This document shows, in pieces, positions 18,930 through 31,674 of a stretch of 34,421 nt of DNA; within the stretch, counting starts at the first letter, position 1; every line of letters begins with the position of its first letter. The stretch spans positions 1 to 34,421 of the forward strand of contig JAJRWM010000118.1 of NCBI GenBank assembly GCA_024276815.1, read 5' to 3'. The notes under the pieces were generated by a model that saw nothing but the letters and a program-made list of their open reading frames with translations, was not told the origin of the DNA and did no database searches. This DNA is from a bacterium (lineage in GTDB: Bacteria > JACRDZ01 > JAJRWM01). The position numbers were made by a program, and so were the translations under genes.

Positions 18930-21056
18930 CTACCCGGTTGATAACTTGACGCCGATGTTCAAATCCCAGCTTTCTTCTCGTGCCAGGCTCATTTTAAAAG
19001 AGGGGAAAACCACCGTGCTCTGGTAGACCTTTTCCAGCCCGGCCTCCGAATTGGAAACCGTTTCAATGGGGAAAACCCAGAGCGCGGCTTCGCTGTCCAG
19101 TTGGAAGTCAAGCTGCCAGTTTTCCCTGATATCCTCAATGTGAAACTCCCGGGTGTTTAAAAACTCCCGGGTTCGGTTAAATGATACCTTGTCACAACCG
19201 ACCCGAACAAATTCCTCGGCCTCGCTGGCGCCAATAAAACTGAAATTCATTTCCGGCCCCCACCAAAGCTCCAGTTTTTCCCCGCTTAAATTTGTTATCC
19301 GGTAAATGATACTAAAAGCTTCGCTCTGATTCCAGACAATTGTCTTTTTTACTTCCACCGGGTATTTTTTCCCCGAACGCCAGACGCTTCCCCGGCGGGT
19401 CATAATTAACCGAATGCCGCCGGGGTCTTTTTCCAGCGAAAAGGTGTAGGGCTGATTGACAAAATCACCTTCTTCATTATGCCTGCATTTCTGGAAGGAA
19501 CTGAAATCGCTGCCCCAACCCAGAAAATGATCCAGCAGCGAAGCGCGGCGGTACCAGTCGTAAAAAAGTTTGTTTTCCAGCCCGTCTTCCTTGACCTTGA
19601 CCAGATCGTGAATACTGGCGACTTCCTGGTCCCGCTGAGCGTCCTGGTTAAGCTCCCTGAGCTTTCGGTGGTAAGCCTCCTCGCGCCTGGTCAGGGTGTT
19701 TAAAATATTCAGGCGTTTGGCCTTGATGTCCCATTCATAGAGCATCCCACCCAGCGCCGGGGCCAGGTAAAGATTTTGCCGCGCGTTCCGCAAAAGGACT
19801 TCATTGTGCCCATCCTGATTAATATCCAACTCCGTTGAAAGGCACCACTCTTTACCAGGCTGTTCCGCCGAGTCCAGCTTGAGTTCGGCCTCGATTAAAT
19901 GCCGGTAGGTCGCGTAGCGCAGGTGCTTGAGGTAAAGCCCGCCGAACGCCCCGTGCCAGTAGGGACAGTTGCATTGAGCCTGCCATAACTCCCGCAAAGC
20001 GGCTTCCCGTTCTGCCCGCGAGAGAGCTTTGCTGTTATGTATCCGGCCGCTTAAGTAATACATCTTCTTGTGGAGATCATTGCTTTCCGGGTACTTAACC
20101 AGGAAGTTGCGCCAAAACCCGGCGCCCACCAGGGATTGATAGCATTGCCAAAGACCGCCCGCCTTCAATTCATCCTTGAATTGTTCCAGCTTCAGCAAGG
20201 TTTTGGTTGGCAAGGCCCATTCCATCATCTCGGTATAAGAAGCTGTCGGCAGGTAAACTCTTCCCCGGGGTGGATAATCAGATAAATATTCAGAAAAAGT
20301 GGTGGTTTCGATCAGGTCGGTGTTTTCGGACAGCATCGTGAAAAATCTTTCCAGCCATTTTTCGTGGTAGACCCATTGATGGGTGCCCGGCCAGTTGCCC
20401 AGTTTTTCACCGTCATCGGCAATGACAATCAGGGTGGATTCATCCTCGCCGGCCAGTTCCTGTAAATATTCCCGGGTTTTTTCCGGCTGCTGAAACGGGA
20501 TCAGGTAACGGAGTTTCTCGCTGATGGGGAAAACGTTTAACGGAAAACCCTCTTCTTCAGTGATAAACATGCCCAGTAAATCACGCTCGGATAAACCGAC
20601 CGCCTTGAAATGGGAATCATCGACAACGACATATTCCAGGCCGGCCTCACTGATGGTTTTAGGCAGACCCGGTTCCCAGACCCTTTCCGCCAGCCAGATA
20701 CCACGGGGCTGACAGTTGAAATTCTCGGCCAAAAAACGGTTGGTCAGTTCCAGTTGCCCCTGACGATCGGCGGGAGGTATGGAAGGCAGAACAGGCTCAA
20801 AGAAGCCGCCGCCCATCAACTCCAACTGACCGCTTTGATGCAGCGCCCTCAATCGTTCAATAAAATCAGGATGTTTGTCCCGGAACCATTCCCAGAGAAT
20901 GCCGGTATAGTGTAAAGTCATTTTAATGCGGGGGAATTTCTCTATCACGTCGAGAAAGGGCTGGTAGGCTTTGATGAAAGCCTCTTCCAGAACGAAGCCG
21001 AAATTACCAACCGGCTGATGGTTATGAAAAGCGAGAATAAATTTAATTTTTTTCAT
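18930..21056 (-). CDS. GH57 alpha-amylase / 4-alpha-glucanotransferase
   Basis: HNHQPVGN, WLAERVW (nucleophile Glu), ADDGEKLG (acid/base Asp), SYTEMMEW, QCNCPYWHG; C-terminal beta domain; no signal peptide. Confidence 0.92.
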   Translation of the reverse strand: MKKIKFILAFHNHQPVGNFGFVLEEAFIKAYQPFLDVIEKFPRIKMTLHYTGILWEWFRDKHPDFIERLRALHQSGQLELMGGGFFEPVLPSIPPADRQGQLELTNRFLAENFNCQPRGIWLAERVWEPGLPKTISEAGLEYVVVDDSHFKAVGLSERDLLGMFITEEEGFPLNVFPISEKLRYLIPFQQPEKTREYLQELAGEDESTLIVIADDGEKLGNWPGTHQWVYHEKWLERFFTMLSENTDLIETTTFSEYLSDYPPRGRVYLPTASYTEMMEWALPTKTLLKLEQFKDELKAGGLWQCYQSLVGAGFWRNFLVKYPESNDLHKKMYYLSGRIHNSKALSRAEREAALRELWQAQCNCPYWHGAFGGLYLKHLRYATYRHLIEAELKLDSAEQPGKEWCLSTELDINQDGHNEVLLRNARQNLYLAPALGGMLYEWDIKAKRLNILNTLTRREEAYHRKLRELNQDAQRDQEVASIHDLVKVKEDGLENKLFYDWYRRASLLDHFLGWGSDFSSFQKCRHNEEGDFVNQPYTFSLEKDPGGIRLIMTRRGSVWRSGKKYPVEVKKTIVWNQSEAFSIIYRITNLSGEKLELWWGPEMNFSFIGASEAEEFVRVGCDKVSFNRTREFLNTREFHIEDIRENWQLDFQLDSEAALWVFPIETVSNSEAGLEKVYQSTVVFPSFKMSLAREESWDLNIGVKLSTG

Positions 21057-21098
21057 CTGAATTCACCAGAGTCCCTTTCCGGTTAATTAGAGCAGTTT

Positions 21099-21572
21099 CT
21101 ACAAATAGCGCATGACTTCAATTCTCTCATCCGTGGGCACAGCCCGTCCCTCTATCTCAATGCCCATGGAGGCCAGTTCTTTGAAAACGTTCACGTCCTC
21201 CGGTCCCACCGAGATGTATTTCAGGATCTGTCTTTTCCCCTCGGAGTAATGCATGCCCCCAACATTGACGCTTTTGAGAGGCACTCCCTTCTTGATGAAA
21301 CCCAGGACATCCGCCGGTCGGGCGAAAAGCGCCAGGGTCTTGGCCTTGTCAAAAGCATGATCTTTCACCATCCGGGCGGCCGCGTCAATACTTTTAATGC
21401 TTACCTTGATGGATGACGGCACGGCCATACAACAAAGTTTTTTCTGCATCTCATTCTGGCTGACCGCGTCGTTAACCAGCAAAATATGTTCTATTTTCAG
21501 CAGGCGCGCCCAGCCTTCAACCACCTGACCGTGAATCATCCGGTCGTCAATTCTAATCAGCACAAGACTCAT
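21099..21572 (-). CDS. PTS mannose/fructose/sorbose family IIB
   Basis: RIDDRMIHGQV, VNVGGM. Confidence 0.93.
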   Translation of the reverse strand: MSLVLIRIDDRMIHGQVVEGWARLLKIEHILLVNDAVSQNEMQKKLCCMAVPSSIKVSIKSIDAAARMVKDHAFDKAKTLALFARPADVLGFIKKGVPLKSVNVGGMHYSEGKRQILKYISVGPEDVNVFKELASMGIEIEGRAVPTDERIEVMRYL

Positions 21573-21972
21573 GATAACGTCGCCACTCCTCTTTCAGATC
21601 AGTAATACTGCTTAGGCCTTTTTCCCTGATTTTACCAGCCAGCGCCTTAAGATCGTTACTTTGCCGGCCGGTCATTAAACTGATTACCATCGGCAGGTTG
21701 ACCCCGGCCAGGATCTCGACCCGGCACTCATCAATCAAGGTTAAAGCCACGTTCCCCGGCGTGCCTCCCATGATGTCCACCAGCAACAGGACCCCGTTGC
21801 CGTCGTCGAGCCGGGCGATTGCCTCAACCAGGCGTTCCCTTAAATCCAGGGGGCCTTCGCCGGGATGAAACGCCAGCGCTTCAACTCCTTCAATCGCGCC
21901 GACAATATTTTTCGCGGCCTTTAAAAGGCTTTCGCCTATGCTGCCATGTGTTACCAATAACACGCCAATCAT
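21553..21972 (-). CDS. PTS mannose/fructose family IIA
   Basis: LVTHG, DIMGGTPGN, GVNLPMV. Confidence 0.93.
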   Translation of the reverse strand: MIGVLLVTHGSIGESLLKAAKNIVGAIEGVEALAFHPGEGPLDLRERLVEAIARLDDGNGVLLLVDIMGGTPGNVALTLIDECRVEILAGVNLPMVISLMTGRQSNDLKALAGKIREKGLSSITDLKEEWRRYHESCAD

Positions 21973-23234
21973 ACTAAAATCTCCTCAGTTCCGCCGCCCC
22001 TGTTCTTAAGCCAGAGGTCAAAGATCGCGCTGGCCAGTTTTTCTCCATCATGCCGCACATGGTCGGCCTGACTGATTATCGGTTCGCTGATTACCTTCAC
22101 TCCCATAGCCTCAAGACTCTCCCGGTCAGCCCTGACCGGCCGGGCGCCTTCGCTTTGATACTTGCTGAGCAGGCTTTCAGGTATGGGCGCGTTGTTGACA
22201 ATTATATGGTCAATCAGTTTAACCTTAACATGACGGCTGATCGCCGAAAAATGATCTTCGGCGTTAAAATCCGTACTTTCTCCCGGCTGGGTCATGATGT
22301 TGCTGACATATATTTTCAAAGCCCGGCTCCGGGTAATCGCCTCCGGCATCCCCTTAACCAGCAAGTTGGGTATCACGCTGGTGTATAGACTGCCCGGTCC
22401 CATTATAATAATGTCCGCTTCGGCTATCTGGGCTGAAACCTCAGGATTAACCCGGCAGTCCCCGGGCAACAATTCCAAACGTTCGATAGTTTTTCTCTGC
22501 CTGGGGATTTGCGCTTCCCCAATTATATCCGTGCCGTCAGTGAAAAAAGCTTTTAACCGTATATTGGCGGTCGTGACCGGTATTACCCGGCCCCGAATGG
22601 AGAGAATTTTACACGACTGGCGCACCGCCTCCTCAAAATCGCCGACCACAGAAGTCAGGGCGGCGATAAACAGGTTGCCGAAGTTATGCCCGCTGATGTT
22701 GGCCTCTTCGCCGAAACGGTACTGAAACAGTTTGCCCATCAACGGCTCCGCGTCGGCCAGAGCGATCAGGCAATTCCTGATATCGCCCGGCGGCGGGATA
22801 TTCATATCTTTCCTTAACTTGCCGCTCGAACCTCCATCATCGGAAACGGCTACCACGGCCGTTATGTTACTGGTAAACTCCTTGATGCCGCGCAAAACTA
22901 CCGGCAGACCGGTGCCGCCGCCAATGGCTACGACCTTCGGTCCCTTTTTCAACAACCGCTGACGGTAGACAATGTCAACCAGGTTTCCCTTGCCGGGAGC
23001 AACCTGGGTGATCACGGAACCGGTCAGACGGCTGATGCCTATCAGGACAACAATTAGCCCGCCGCCGAGCAAGAGCAGGTTGACATAATCACGGGGCTGA
23101 GCGCCCAGCAAAGCCTCCTTGAACCCGGTCAGTTCCTCGGCGAAACTAAAGGCGATCATGAATAAACCGGCGAAAATCAGCAAAACCCAGCGTTTGACAT
23201 GCATGCCCGGGTATAACCAGGTAAAACGTTTCAT
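21969..23234 (-). CDS. yvcK: YvcK/GlmR family (CofD-like) protein with N-terminal TM segment
   Basis: GGGTGL, DDGGSSG, PPGDIRN, GHNFGNL, GPGSLYTS, MTQPGE; likely start MKRFTWLYPG at 23234. Confidence 0.9.
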   Translation of the reverse strand: MKRFTWLYPGMHVKRWVLLIFAGLFMIAFSFAEELTGFKEALLGAQPRDYVNLLLLGGGLIVVLIGISRLTGSVITQVAPGKGNLVDIVYRQRLLKKGPKVVAIGGGTGLPVVLRGIKEFTSNITAVVAVSDDGGSSGKLRKDMNIPPPGDIRNCLIALADAEPLMGKLFQYRFGEEANISGHNFGNLFIAALTSVVGDFEEAVRQSCKILSIRGRVIPVTTANIRLKAFFTDGTDIIGEAQIPRQRKTIERLELLPGDCRVNPEVSAQIAEADIIIMGPGSLYTSVIPNLLVKGMPEAITRSRALKIYVSNIMTQPGESTDFNAEDHFSAISRHVKVKLIDHIIVNNAPIPESLLSKYQSEGARPVRADRESLEAMGVKVISEPIISQADHVRHDGEKLASAIFDLWLKNRGGGTEEILV

Positions 23235-23235
23235 G

Positions 23236-24105
23236 TCATTCTTTTCCCATGTCCCGGTAAAGAGTCTGGACCTCCAGTCCGCCGGCGGACAGATGGGCGG
23301 CGATCTCATCGCTGATAACAACGGAACGGTGTTTGCCGCCGGTGCAACCCACCGCGATATTTAAATAAGTTTTTCTCTCTTCTATGTATTTAGGCAATAA
23401 AAAATCAAGCAGGGCAAAAAATTTTTCCAGAAACTCCCGGGCTTCGTTCCGCGCAAGGACATATTCCTTGACATGTTTGTCCCGGCCGCTGAGAGACCGC
23501 AGTTCTCTGATATAAAACGGGTTAGGTAAAAAACGTAAATCCATGACCAGGTCAGCGTCCAGCGGCAGGCCGTATTTAAAACCAAAAGCGGTAACGGTTA
23601 CACTCAACATATTCTTGTTTTTTTCCGGGGCGAAATGTTGGAATATCCTGTTTTTGAGGGCTTTGATACTGAGATCGCTGGTATTGATAATCAGATTAGC
23701 CAGGCCCTTGATATCGCGGAGCTTGTTCTTTTCTTCGATAATGTTGTCAGAAATGTTGGTTTCCTTGGACCTCCAGGGATGGCTGCGGCGGGTTTCGGAA
23801 AAGCGTCTTAACAATACGTCGTCATGAGCTTCCAGAAAAAGAATCTCCGGTTCGATTCCCAGTTTCTTGACCTCTTCGAGGATCCTGGGCATCCGGTCAA
23901 AAATCAAGCCTTCCCGAATATCAATTACCAGGGCGACTCGCTTGATCTGGCCGCCCGGCTGCTTATACATCCGGGCAAACTTGGTCAATAACTGCAAGGG
24001 CAGATTGTCAACGCAAAAATAGCCGATATCCTCGAAAAACCTGATTACCTGGCTCTTCCCGGCTCCGGACTGACCGGTCACGATCACAAAGCGCTGATTA
24101 GTCAC
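23236..24105 (-). CDS. rapZ: RNase adapter RapZ/YvcJ P-loop protein
   Basis: TGQSGAGKS, CVDNLP, FSETRRSHP, FGFKYGLP, DLRFLPNPF, GCTGGKHRSV; likely GTG start at 24105. Confidence 0.94.
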   Translation of the reverse strand: MTNQRFVIVTGQSGAGKSQVIRFFEDIGYFCVDNLPLQLLTKFARMYKQPGGQIKRVALVIDIREGLIFDRMPRILEEVKKLGIEPEILFLEAHDDVLLRRFSETRRSHPWRSKETNISDNIIEEKNKLRDIKGLANLIINTSDLSIKALKNRIFQHFAPEKNKNMLSVTVTAFGFKYGLPLDADLVMDLRFLPNPFYIRELRSLSGRDKHVKEYVLARNEAREFLEKFFALLDFLLPKYIEERKTYLNIAVGCTGGKHRSVVISDEIAAHLSAGGLEVQTLYRDMGKE

Positions 24106-25060
24106 CTTTAATTTCCTCAATCAGCTTCTTTTCCTCCTGCATCCAGCCAATTAAGCGCTCGTTAAATTCCCGCGCGGAGTGATAGCCCATCCGAATCAAA
24201 CGCTGGTTGAGGGCGGCGACTTCGATGATGGTGCTGATATTACGCCCGGGCTTGACCGGCACGGTAATCATGGGAACCTTGACGCCCAGCATCTCATAAT
24301 TTTCTTCCATGAGACCAATGCGGTCATAGGCTTTCTCCGCGTCCCAGTCTTCCAGTTGCACAACCAGGCCTACCCGCTCCTGATTCCTTACGGCGCGGGC
24401 GCCAAAAAGTTTGCTGATGTTGATAACGCCCAAACCGCGTATTTCCATATGATGGCGGATCAGTTCCGCGCCGTTGCCCATAAGGTATTTGCCGGCTTTG
24501 AGCTTGATATCCACGACATCGTCAGCCACCAGCCGGTGACCGCGGCTGATCAATTCCAGCGCGCACTCGCTTTTGCCGATGCCGCTCTTGCCGATTAACA
24601 GCACCCCGACCCCGTAAAGATCAACCAGCACCGCGTGGATGCTGGTGCGTGGTTCGAACTGCTTTTCCAGAAAATCATGGAGTTGCGGGATCAGCATGGA
24701 GCCGCCCAGACTGCTCCTGAGAACGGGAACAGCTTTCTTCTGAGCGATCTTTAATAGTTCGGAAGGCGGGGAGGCGTCAGAAATCAGGATAATACAAGGG
24801 ATGGGGGAACCGAGAATGCTCCCCAGATGCTCGCGCCGCTTTTTCGCGGAAAGCGTGGAGAGATAGCTTAATTCCCGCTTCCCCAATAATTGTAGCCGGT
24901 CACAGGGAAAGTTCTCCATGTAGCCGGCCAGAGCCAACCCCGGACGATTGATACCGGGAGCGAGTATCCGGTTCTGCAACCCAGCGTCGCCCGCCAAAAG
25001 AGTCAGCTCGAATTCATTGTCGCCTTTTGCTAATAAATCATCAACTTTAATGCCGCTCAA
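24098..25060 (-). CDS. hprK: HPr(Ser) kinase/phosphorylase
   Basis: RPGLALAG, GKSGIGKSECAL, RGHRLVADD, MEIRGLG, PVKPGRN. Confidence 0.96.
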   Translation of the reverse strand: MSGIKVDDLLAKGDNEFELTLLAGDAGLQNRILAPGINRPGLALAGYMENFPCDRLQLLGKRELSYLSTLSAKKRREHLGSILGSPIPCIILISDASPPSELLKIAQKKAVPVLRSSLGGSMLIPQLHDFLEKQFEPRTSIHAVLVDLYGVGVLLIGKSGIGKSECALELISRGHRLVADDVVDIKLKAGKYLMGNGAELIRHHMEIRGLGVINISKLFGARAVRNQERVGLVVQLEDWDAEKAYDRIGLMEENYEMLGVKVPMITVPVKPGRNISTIIEVAALNQRLIRMGYHSAREFNERLIGWMQEEKKLIEEIKGD

Positions 25061-25084
25061 TAATAACCCTTCCGTTTAAAGGGA

Positions 25085-25552
25085 TTACTTCAATTCTTCG
25101 GTTTCAATAATACGCATAATTTCATCGGCGGTTTCGGCGTTTCTCAACGCTTTACGGAAGTAAACATCCTTCAGGAAGCGGGAGATGCGGGCTAAAACCT
25201 TCAAATGAGTGCTGATCGCTTCCTGGGTAGTCGGCGCTACCAGCAAAAACAAAAGATGCACCGGCTCGCCATCCAGCGCGTCGAAACTAACACCCTGTTC
25301 AGAACGGGCAAACAACGCCACGACCCGCTCAACCACGTCACTCTTGCCATGAGGGATCGCGACTCCTTCACCGATTCCGGTGCTACCCAACTTTTCTCTC
25401 TCCTGCAGGACATCGATGACTTTCTCCGCGTCCGTGATTTCTCCATTCGCCACCAACTTGTCCACCATTTCCCTGATAGCGGCGTTTTTTTCCGTCGCGA
25501 CCAGGGAAGGGATAATCGCCTTCGGCGAGAGAAAATCCAAGATTTTAACCAT
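25085..25552 (-). CDS. ptsN: PTS EIIA (Ntr/fructose-mannitol type)
   Basis: REKLGSTGIGEGVAIPH, FDALDGEPVHL, HLKVLARISR; canonical position after rpoN-hpf. Confidence 0.88.
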   Translation of the reverse strand: MVKILDFLSPKAIIPSLVATEKNAAIREMVDKLVANGEITDAEKVIDVLQEREKLGSTGIGEGVAIPHGKSDVVERVVALFARSEQGVSFDALDGEPVHLLFLLVAPTTQEAISTHLKVLARISRFLKDVYFRKALRNAETADEIMRIIETEELK

Positions 25553-25567
25553 CTTCCAATCTGCCTC

Positions 25568-26104
25568 CTAATTTTTCGCTATAAGACCATAACTGCCATC
25601 AAAACGACGATAGACGACGTTTACCTGATTGTCCTCTGAATTAGTGAAGACAATGAAATCATCATGACTCGAGTCGAGCTGTATCATACCCTCCTTGACG
25701 CTCATGGGTTTGTCGGCGAAGCGGTCAACTCTGACCAGCCGCGGTTCGTCCGACTCGTCCGAAGGCTCATCGTCCATGATTATCCCGCCACTCCTGATAT
25801 GTTGAATATCTTTATGATTCTTTGATTTTATCTTGGCCTTGATCTTCTTTAACTGGCGCTCCATCCGGGCGACCGCCTTGTCAATGGAAACATAAAGATC
25901 GTTGCCTTTTTCCTCACCATACAGGAAAAGACCGCCGGCCGGCATTTTGATCTCGCAACATTGTAAATTCTTTTCTATTTTCAAAATCACGTGAGCTTCC
26001 ATAATATGGTCTAAATACTTGCTTAAACTGGAGATCTTCTTTTCCGTGTATTCTCTGATTGCCGGGGTTATTTCAAGATGACGACCGGTAATTCTGATTT
26101 GCAT
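25568..26104 (-). CDS. hpf: Ribosome hibernation promoting factor (long HPF)
   Basis: MQIRITGRHLEITPAIREY, DLYVSID, KPMSVKE, NVVYRRFDGSYGLI; GAGGAGG Shine-Dalgarno before ATG 26104. Confidence 0.93.
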   Translation of the reverse strand: MQIRITGRHLEITPAIREYTEKKISSLSKYLDHIMEAHVILKIEKNLQCCEIKMPAGGLFLYGEEKGNDLYVSIDKAVARMERQLKKIKAKIKSKNHKDIQHIRSGGIIMDDEPSDESDEPRLVRVDRFADKPMSVKEGMIQLDSSHDDFIVFTNSEDNQVNVVYRRFDGSYGLIAKN

Positions 26105-26162
26105 TTTTAAAAACTTCCTCCTCGCTCTTGTTAAAACTTTAATCATAACATGTTAAATCTAT

Positions 26163-27578
26163 TTAGGAAATAATTAACTTTTTATTTTTTTTCATCCGCC
26201 GCCGCCGCTGAGTCGAGTCAATCTTCAGCAGTTTGCGGTACTTGCCTACGGTGCGCCGGGCGATCTGCACGCCCTCGCGCTGTAAAAGGTTGGCTATCTC
26301 CTGGTCGCTGAGTGGCTTGGCGTCTGTCTCGGCCTCAATGATATGACGGATCCGGTCCATAACGCTTTTAACCGCCACTTCGCCGTTTTCACGTTTCAAG
26401 CCGCGGCCGAAAAAGAATTTCAGGGAAAACAGACCCCGTGGGGTCTGGACATATTTTTTCCGGGTAATACGACTGACCGTCGTTTCATGAACCCCGATCT
26501 CTTCCGCGACATCCCGCAAAGTCAAAGGCACCAGACGCGTCACCCCGAAATCAAAAAATCCCCGCTGCGCCCGCAAAACAGATTCCAGTACATTATATAA
26601 AGTGCTGTGTCTCCTCTTCAGCCCGTCCATCAACTGGCAGGCGGCTTGATACTTCTCTTCCAGAAATTTGCGCTCTTCCTTGTTCAACTCCTTTTTCTGA
26701 CCCAGGAGCTTGCGGTAAAAGGGATTTATCTTCAAGCTGGAATGCCAGTTCTAGTTGATAATTATCTTGTAATCGCCGTCTTCTTCCACGATCTCGGCGT
26801 CGGGACTGATGTAATAGCGACAAGGATCCAGAAACTCCTGGCCGGGATGAGGATCGAGAGAAGTGATCTGGTTCACCGCTGCCATAACTTCCTTTTCATC
26901 CCGTTTAAGCTTGCGGGCGATGTCCTGGTAGCGATGAGCCGCCAGCTCTTTCAGGGTCACGTTGAGGATCTTCTCTATGAGGGCGTAATTCTCCGGATAT
27001 TTTACTTCCGCCTGGATTAAAAGACATTCCACCAGGTTGCGGGCGGCAATCCCGGGCGGACCAATCCGCTGAATGGCCCGGACGACTTTTTCAATCGTCG
27101 GCGCGTCAGCTTCCGTCACCTGTTCCAGTTCCTCCGACGATAACCTTAAATAACCCTCGTTATCCAGGTTACCCAGTATCTTCCAGGCGACTTCCTTTTC
27201 CCGCGGACTTAGTTTGCTGATCTTGATTTGCCATTCCAGTTCATCCCTGAGACCCGGCTCCCGACTTGGCTCGGCAATGTACATGTCCTCCGGAAGCTGC
27301 GAAAAAGGCTTATGGGTCGGGGACTCTTCGAGATAACGCAGCCATTCCTCGACGTCCTCAAGCTCATTCTTCTTTTGCGCGGGCTGACGACTTTCCAGTG
27401 AGACCAGGTCATCAGGCGGGGTTTCCCTTTCCAGTAGCGGATTATTCTCCAGTTCCGTCTGGATCCGGTTCTCCAGTTCCAGGAGGGAAAGCGGTAACAG
27501 TTCAATTAACTGCCGCAACTGGGGCGTCATGATCAATTGCTGGGTTAACTTCTGCTCCAGAACCAACTTCAATGACAT
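26163..27578 (-). CDS. rpoN: RNA polymerase sigma-54 factor, interrupted by one in-frame TAG at 26751-26753
   Basis: QQLIMTPQLRQ, ENNPLLE, LDNEGYL, GIAARNLVECLLIQ, PLTLRDVA, HETTVSR, PLSDQEI, ARRTVGKYR; both ORFs in one frame, 471 aa in total. Confidence 0.92.
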
Positions 27579-27606
27579 AGGCTATACCCTTTAAGCATTC
27601 GTTTAC

Positions 27607-28359
27607 TCACAGAGAAAAACTTTCTCCCAGGTAGATTTTCCTGGCGACGCTATCCCGAACGATCTCATCAGCCGTCCCATGCAGGTGTATTTTCCCCTGG
27701 TCCAGGATGTAGGCGCGATCAGTAATTGAAAGCGTCTCCCGGACATTATGGTCGGTGATTAAAATACCGATGCCTTTCTCTCTTAACAACCTGATAATTC
27801 TCTGGATATCGGCGACGGCTATCGGATCAATACCGGCGAATGGCTCGTCCAGCAAGAGAAAAGAGGGCGAGAGAACCAGCGCCCGGGTAATTTCCACCCG
27901 CCTTCTTTCCCCGCCGCTTAAGGTGTAAGCCATTTTATCCGCCAAAGACGTTAATTCCAGTTCTCCGAGCAGTTCAGCCAAACGCGCTTTCCGCTCATTT
28001 TCCGATAACGGCAAACGCTCCAATATTATATTTATATTATCACAAACGCTCAGTTTTTGGAAGATAGAAGTTTCCTGGGGCAAATATCCGATGCCCAGCC
28101 GCGCTCGTTGGTACATCGGCAAACGGGTGATTTCGAGGTCGTCAATCAGGATCTTCCCTCTCTCCGGTCTGACCAGGCCGACGATCATATAAAAAGTGGT
28201 GGTCTTACCGGCTCCATTGGGACCGAGAAGGCCGACAATTTCTCCGGGAGCGATGTCGATACTGACTTCGTTAACGACCTTACGCCGCTGATACGATTTG
28301 ACTAAATTGACCGCTTTAAGGACTCGTCGGGCTGCTGCCGGCTCCACTGGTCTGGTCAT
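27607..28359 (-). CDS. lptB: LPS export ABC ATPase LptB
   Basis: [56 protein letters not shown]. Confidence 0.96.
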   Translation of the reverse strand: MTRPVEPAAARRVLKAVNLVKSYQRRKVVNEVSIDIAPGEIVGLLGPNGAGKTTTFYMIVGLVRPERGKILIDDLEITRLPMYQRARLGIGYLPQETSIFQKLSVCDNINIILERLPLSENERKARLAELLGELELTSLADKMAYTLSGGERRRVEITRALVLSPSFLLLDEPFAGIDPIAVADIQRIIRLLREKGIGILITDHNVRETLSITDRAYILDQGKIHLHGTADEIVRDSVARKIYLGESFSL

Positions 28360-29050
28360 TGCTCTCCTCTGACGGTATTACCTGTCCCCTGACGTTGCCC
28401 TCGATGATCATGTTGCCGGCTTTGATGAAGATGGTTATCTTTTCGCCGCTGAAAGAGCCGCCCTTCCTGGCGACTTCGGGAGAACCGGTCAAGACGACCT
28501 TCTCCTCTTCGAGAAAAAATTCCGCCACCTCGCTTTTCGACCGGAACCCGGGCCGGGTTATCCTGACCCGACCGCTGGCCAGGGCGCGGTCCTCTTTGGT
28601 CCAGGCTTCTATCTTTTCGGCGGCGATCTCAAGGGAGCGCGGCTCACTGTTTCCATTACCATCCTCCGCCTGCTCTATCTTGATGAATGGCGACCCGGTA
28701 GTCAGCAAATAACCGCTGACTTTATCGTATTCCAGGTGGTCGCTTTTTCCGTTAAGTAATTGTTGCTTTTCCCGGTCCCGGTAGAAAAAGGTTATCTTGC
28801 CGTCAGCGACCAGATTGTCGCCGCCCTGATATACCTCAACCAGATCGGCCGTGAATTTGTATTTGTCGGCACTGAAAGTGACCCCGCCGACAAAACGGGT
28901 CAGGTCCTTGCCGTTCTTGACAGAATACTCGACCTTGGCCGCCGTGATATCAACCGGTTTGGCTTCCGGGCCTGCTTTTTCCTGAGCGTAAAGCCCTGAA
29001 CCGCCAAGTAAAATAAAAAACAGCACCAGCCCGACTGACCGTATCTTCAA
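28316..29050 (-). CDS. lptA: LptA/OstA-family LPS transport periplasmic protein (long form)
   Basis: Signal peptide, PVDITA, repeated beta-jellyroll-like motifs (LTTGSP, LTGSP, SGEKI); directly before lptB; start may be TTG 29050 or ATG 29077. Confidence 0.7.
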   Translation of the reverse strand: MKIRSVGLVLFFILLGGSGLYAQEKAGPEAKPVDITAAKVEYSVKNGKDLTRFVGGVTFSADKYKFTADLVEVYQGGDNLVADGKITFFYRDREKQQLLNGKSDHLEYDKVSGYLLTTGSPFIKIEQAEDGNGNSEPRSLEIAAEKIEAWTKEDRALASGRVRITRPGFRSKSEVAEFFLEEEKVVLTGSPEVARKGGSFSGEKITIFIKAGNMIIEGNVRGQVIPSEESNDQTSGAGSSPTSP

Positions 29051-29564
29051 CGATAGCGCTCCATGATTTTGTCCCACTTGTCCTGGGCGGTTAAAATCAT
29101 TTCAATCATCTCCCGCACCGCGCCCTGACCACCAGGAGCCGCGGTTACATAATGGGCGGTTTTTTTGACTTCCTCATGGGCGTCGGCGACGCTGACAGCG
29201 AAACCAACCCGGCGCAAAATTCCCAAATCCAGCACGTCATCCCCGATATAAGCCGCTTCCTCGTCTTTGAGGTTGTACTTTTTCAGGAGCGCTTCGTAGG
29301 GGGGGAGCTTCTGTTTGGCCAACTGAATGACTTCGCTGATACCCAGTTCAATCGCCCGCCGGTCGACAACCGGGGAGGAGCGCCCGCTGATCAAGGCGGT
29401 CTTCAGGCCGGAGCGGTGAGCGAATTTAATCCCTGAGCCGTCCTTGACATTAAAACGCTTAAGCTCATGTCCCTGTTCGTCCAGGTAAATCGAACCGTCA
29501 GTCAATACTCCGTCAACATCCATTATGATCAATTTAATTTTTTTCAGACGCTCGTCCAGCCGCA

Positions 29565-29565
<1 letters not shown>
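29047..29565 (-). CDS. kdsC: Kdo-8-phosphate phosphatase (KdsC/YrbI, HAD)
   Basis: DVDGVLTDG, FNVKDG, ISGR, YIGDD..DL, GGQGAVRE. Confidence 0.92.

Positions 29566-31660
<2,095 letters not shown>

Positions 31661-31674
<14 letters not shown>

Noticed and set aside
23235-23321. Extended N-termini in the ORF track (yvcK, and likewise hpf, rfaE1, rfaE2 and the downstream DUF2723 gene)
   Set aside because: The extensions overlap upstream genes or Shine-Dalgarno sites; downstream starts fit the family N-termini better
26751-26753. Pyrrolysine or selenocysteine insertion at the internal stops
   Set aside because: Two of the three stops are TAA, none is TGA, and the expected residue is acidic; no pyl or sel genes are in the window
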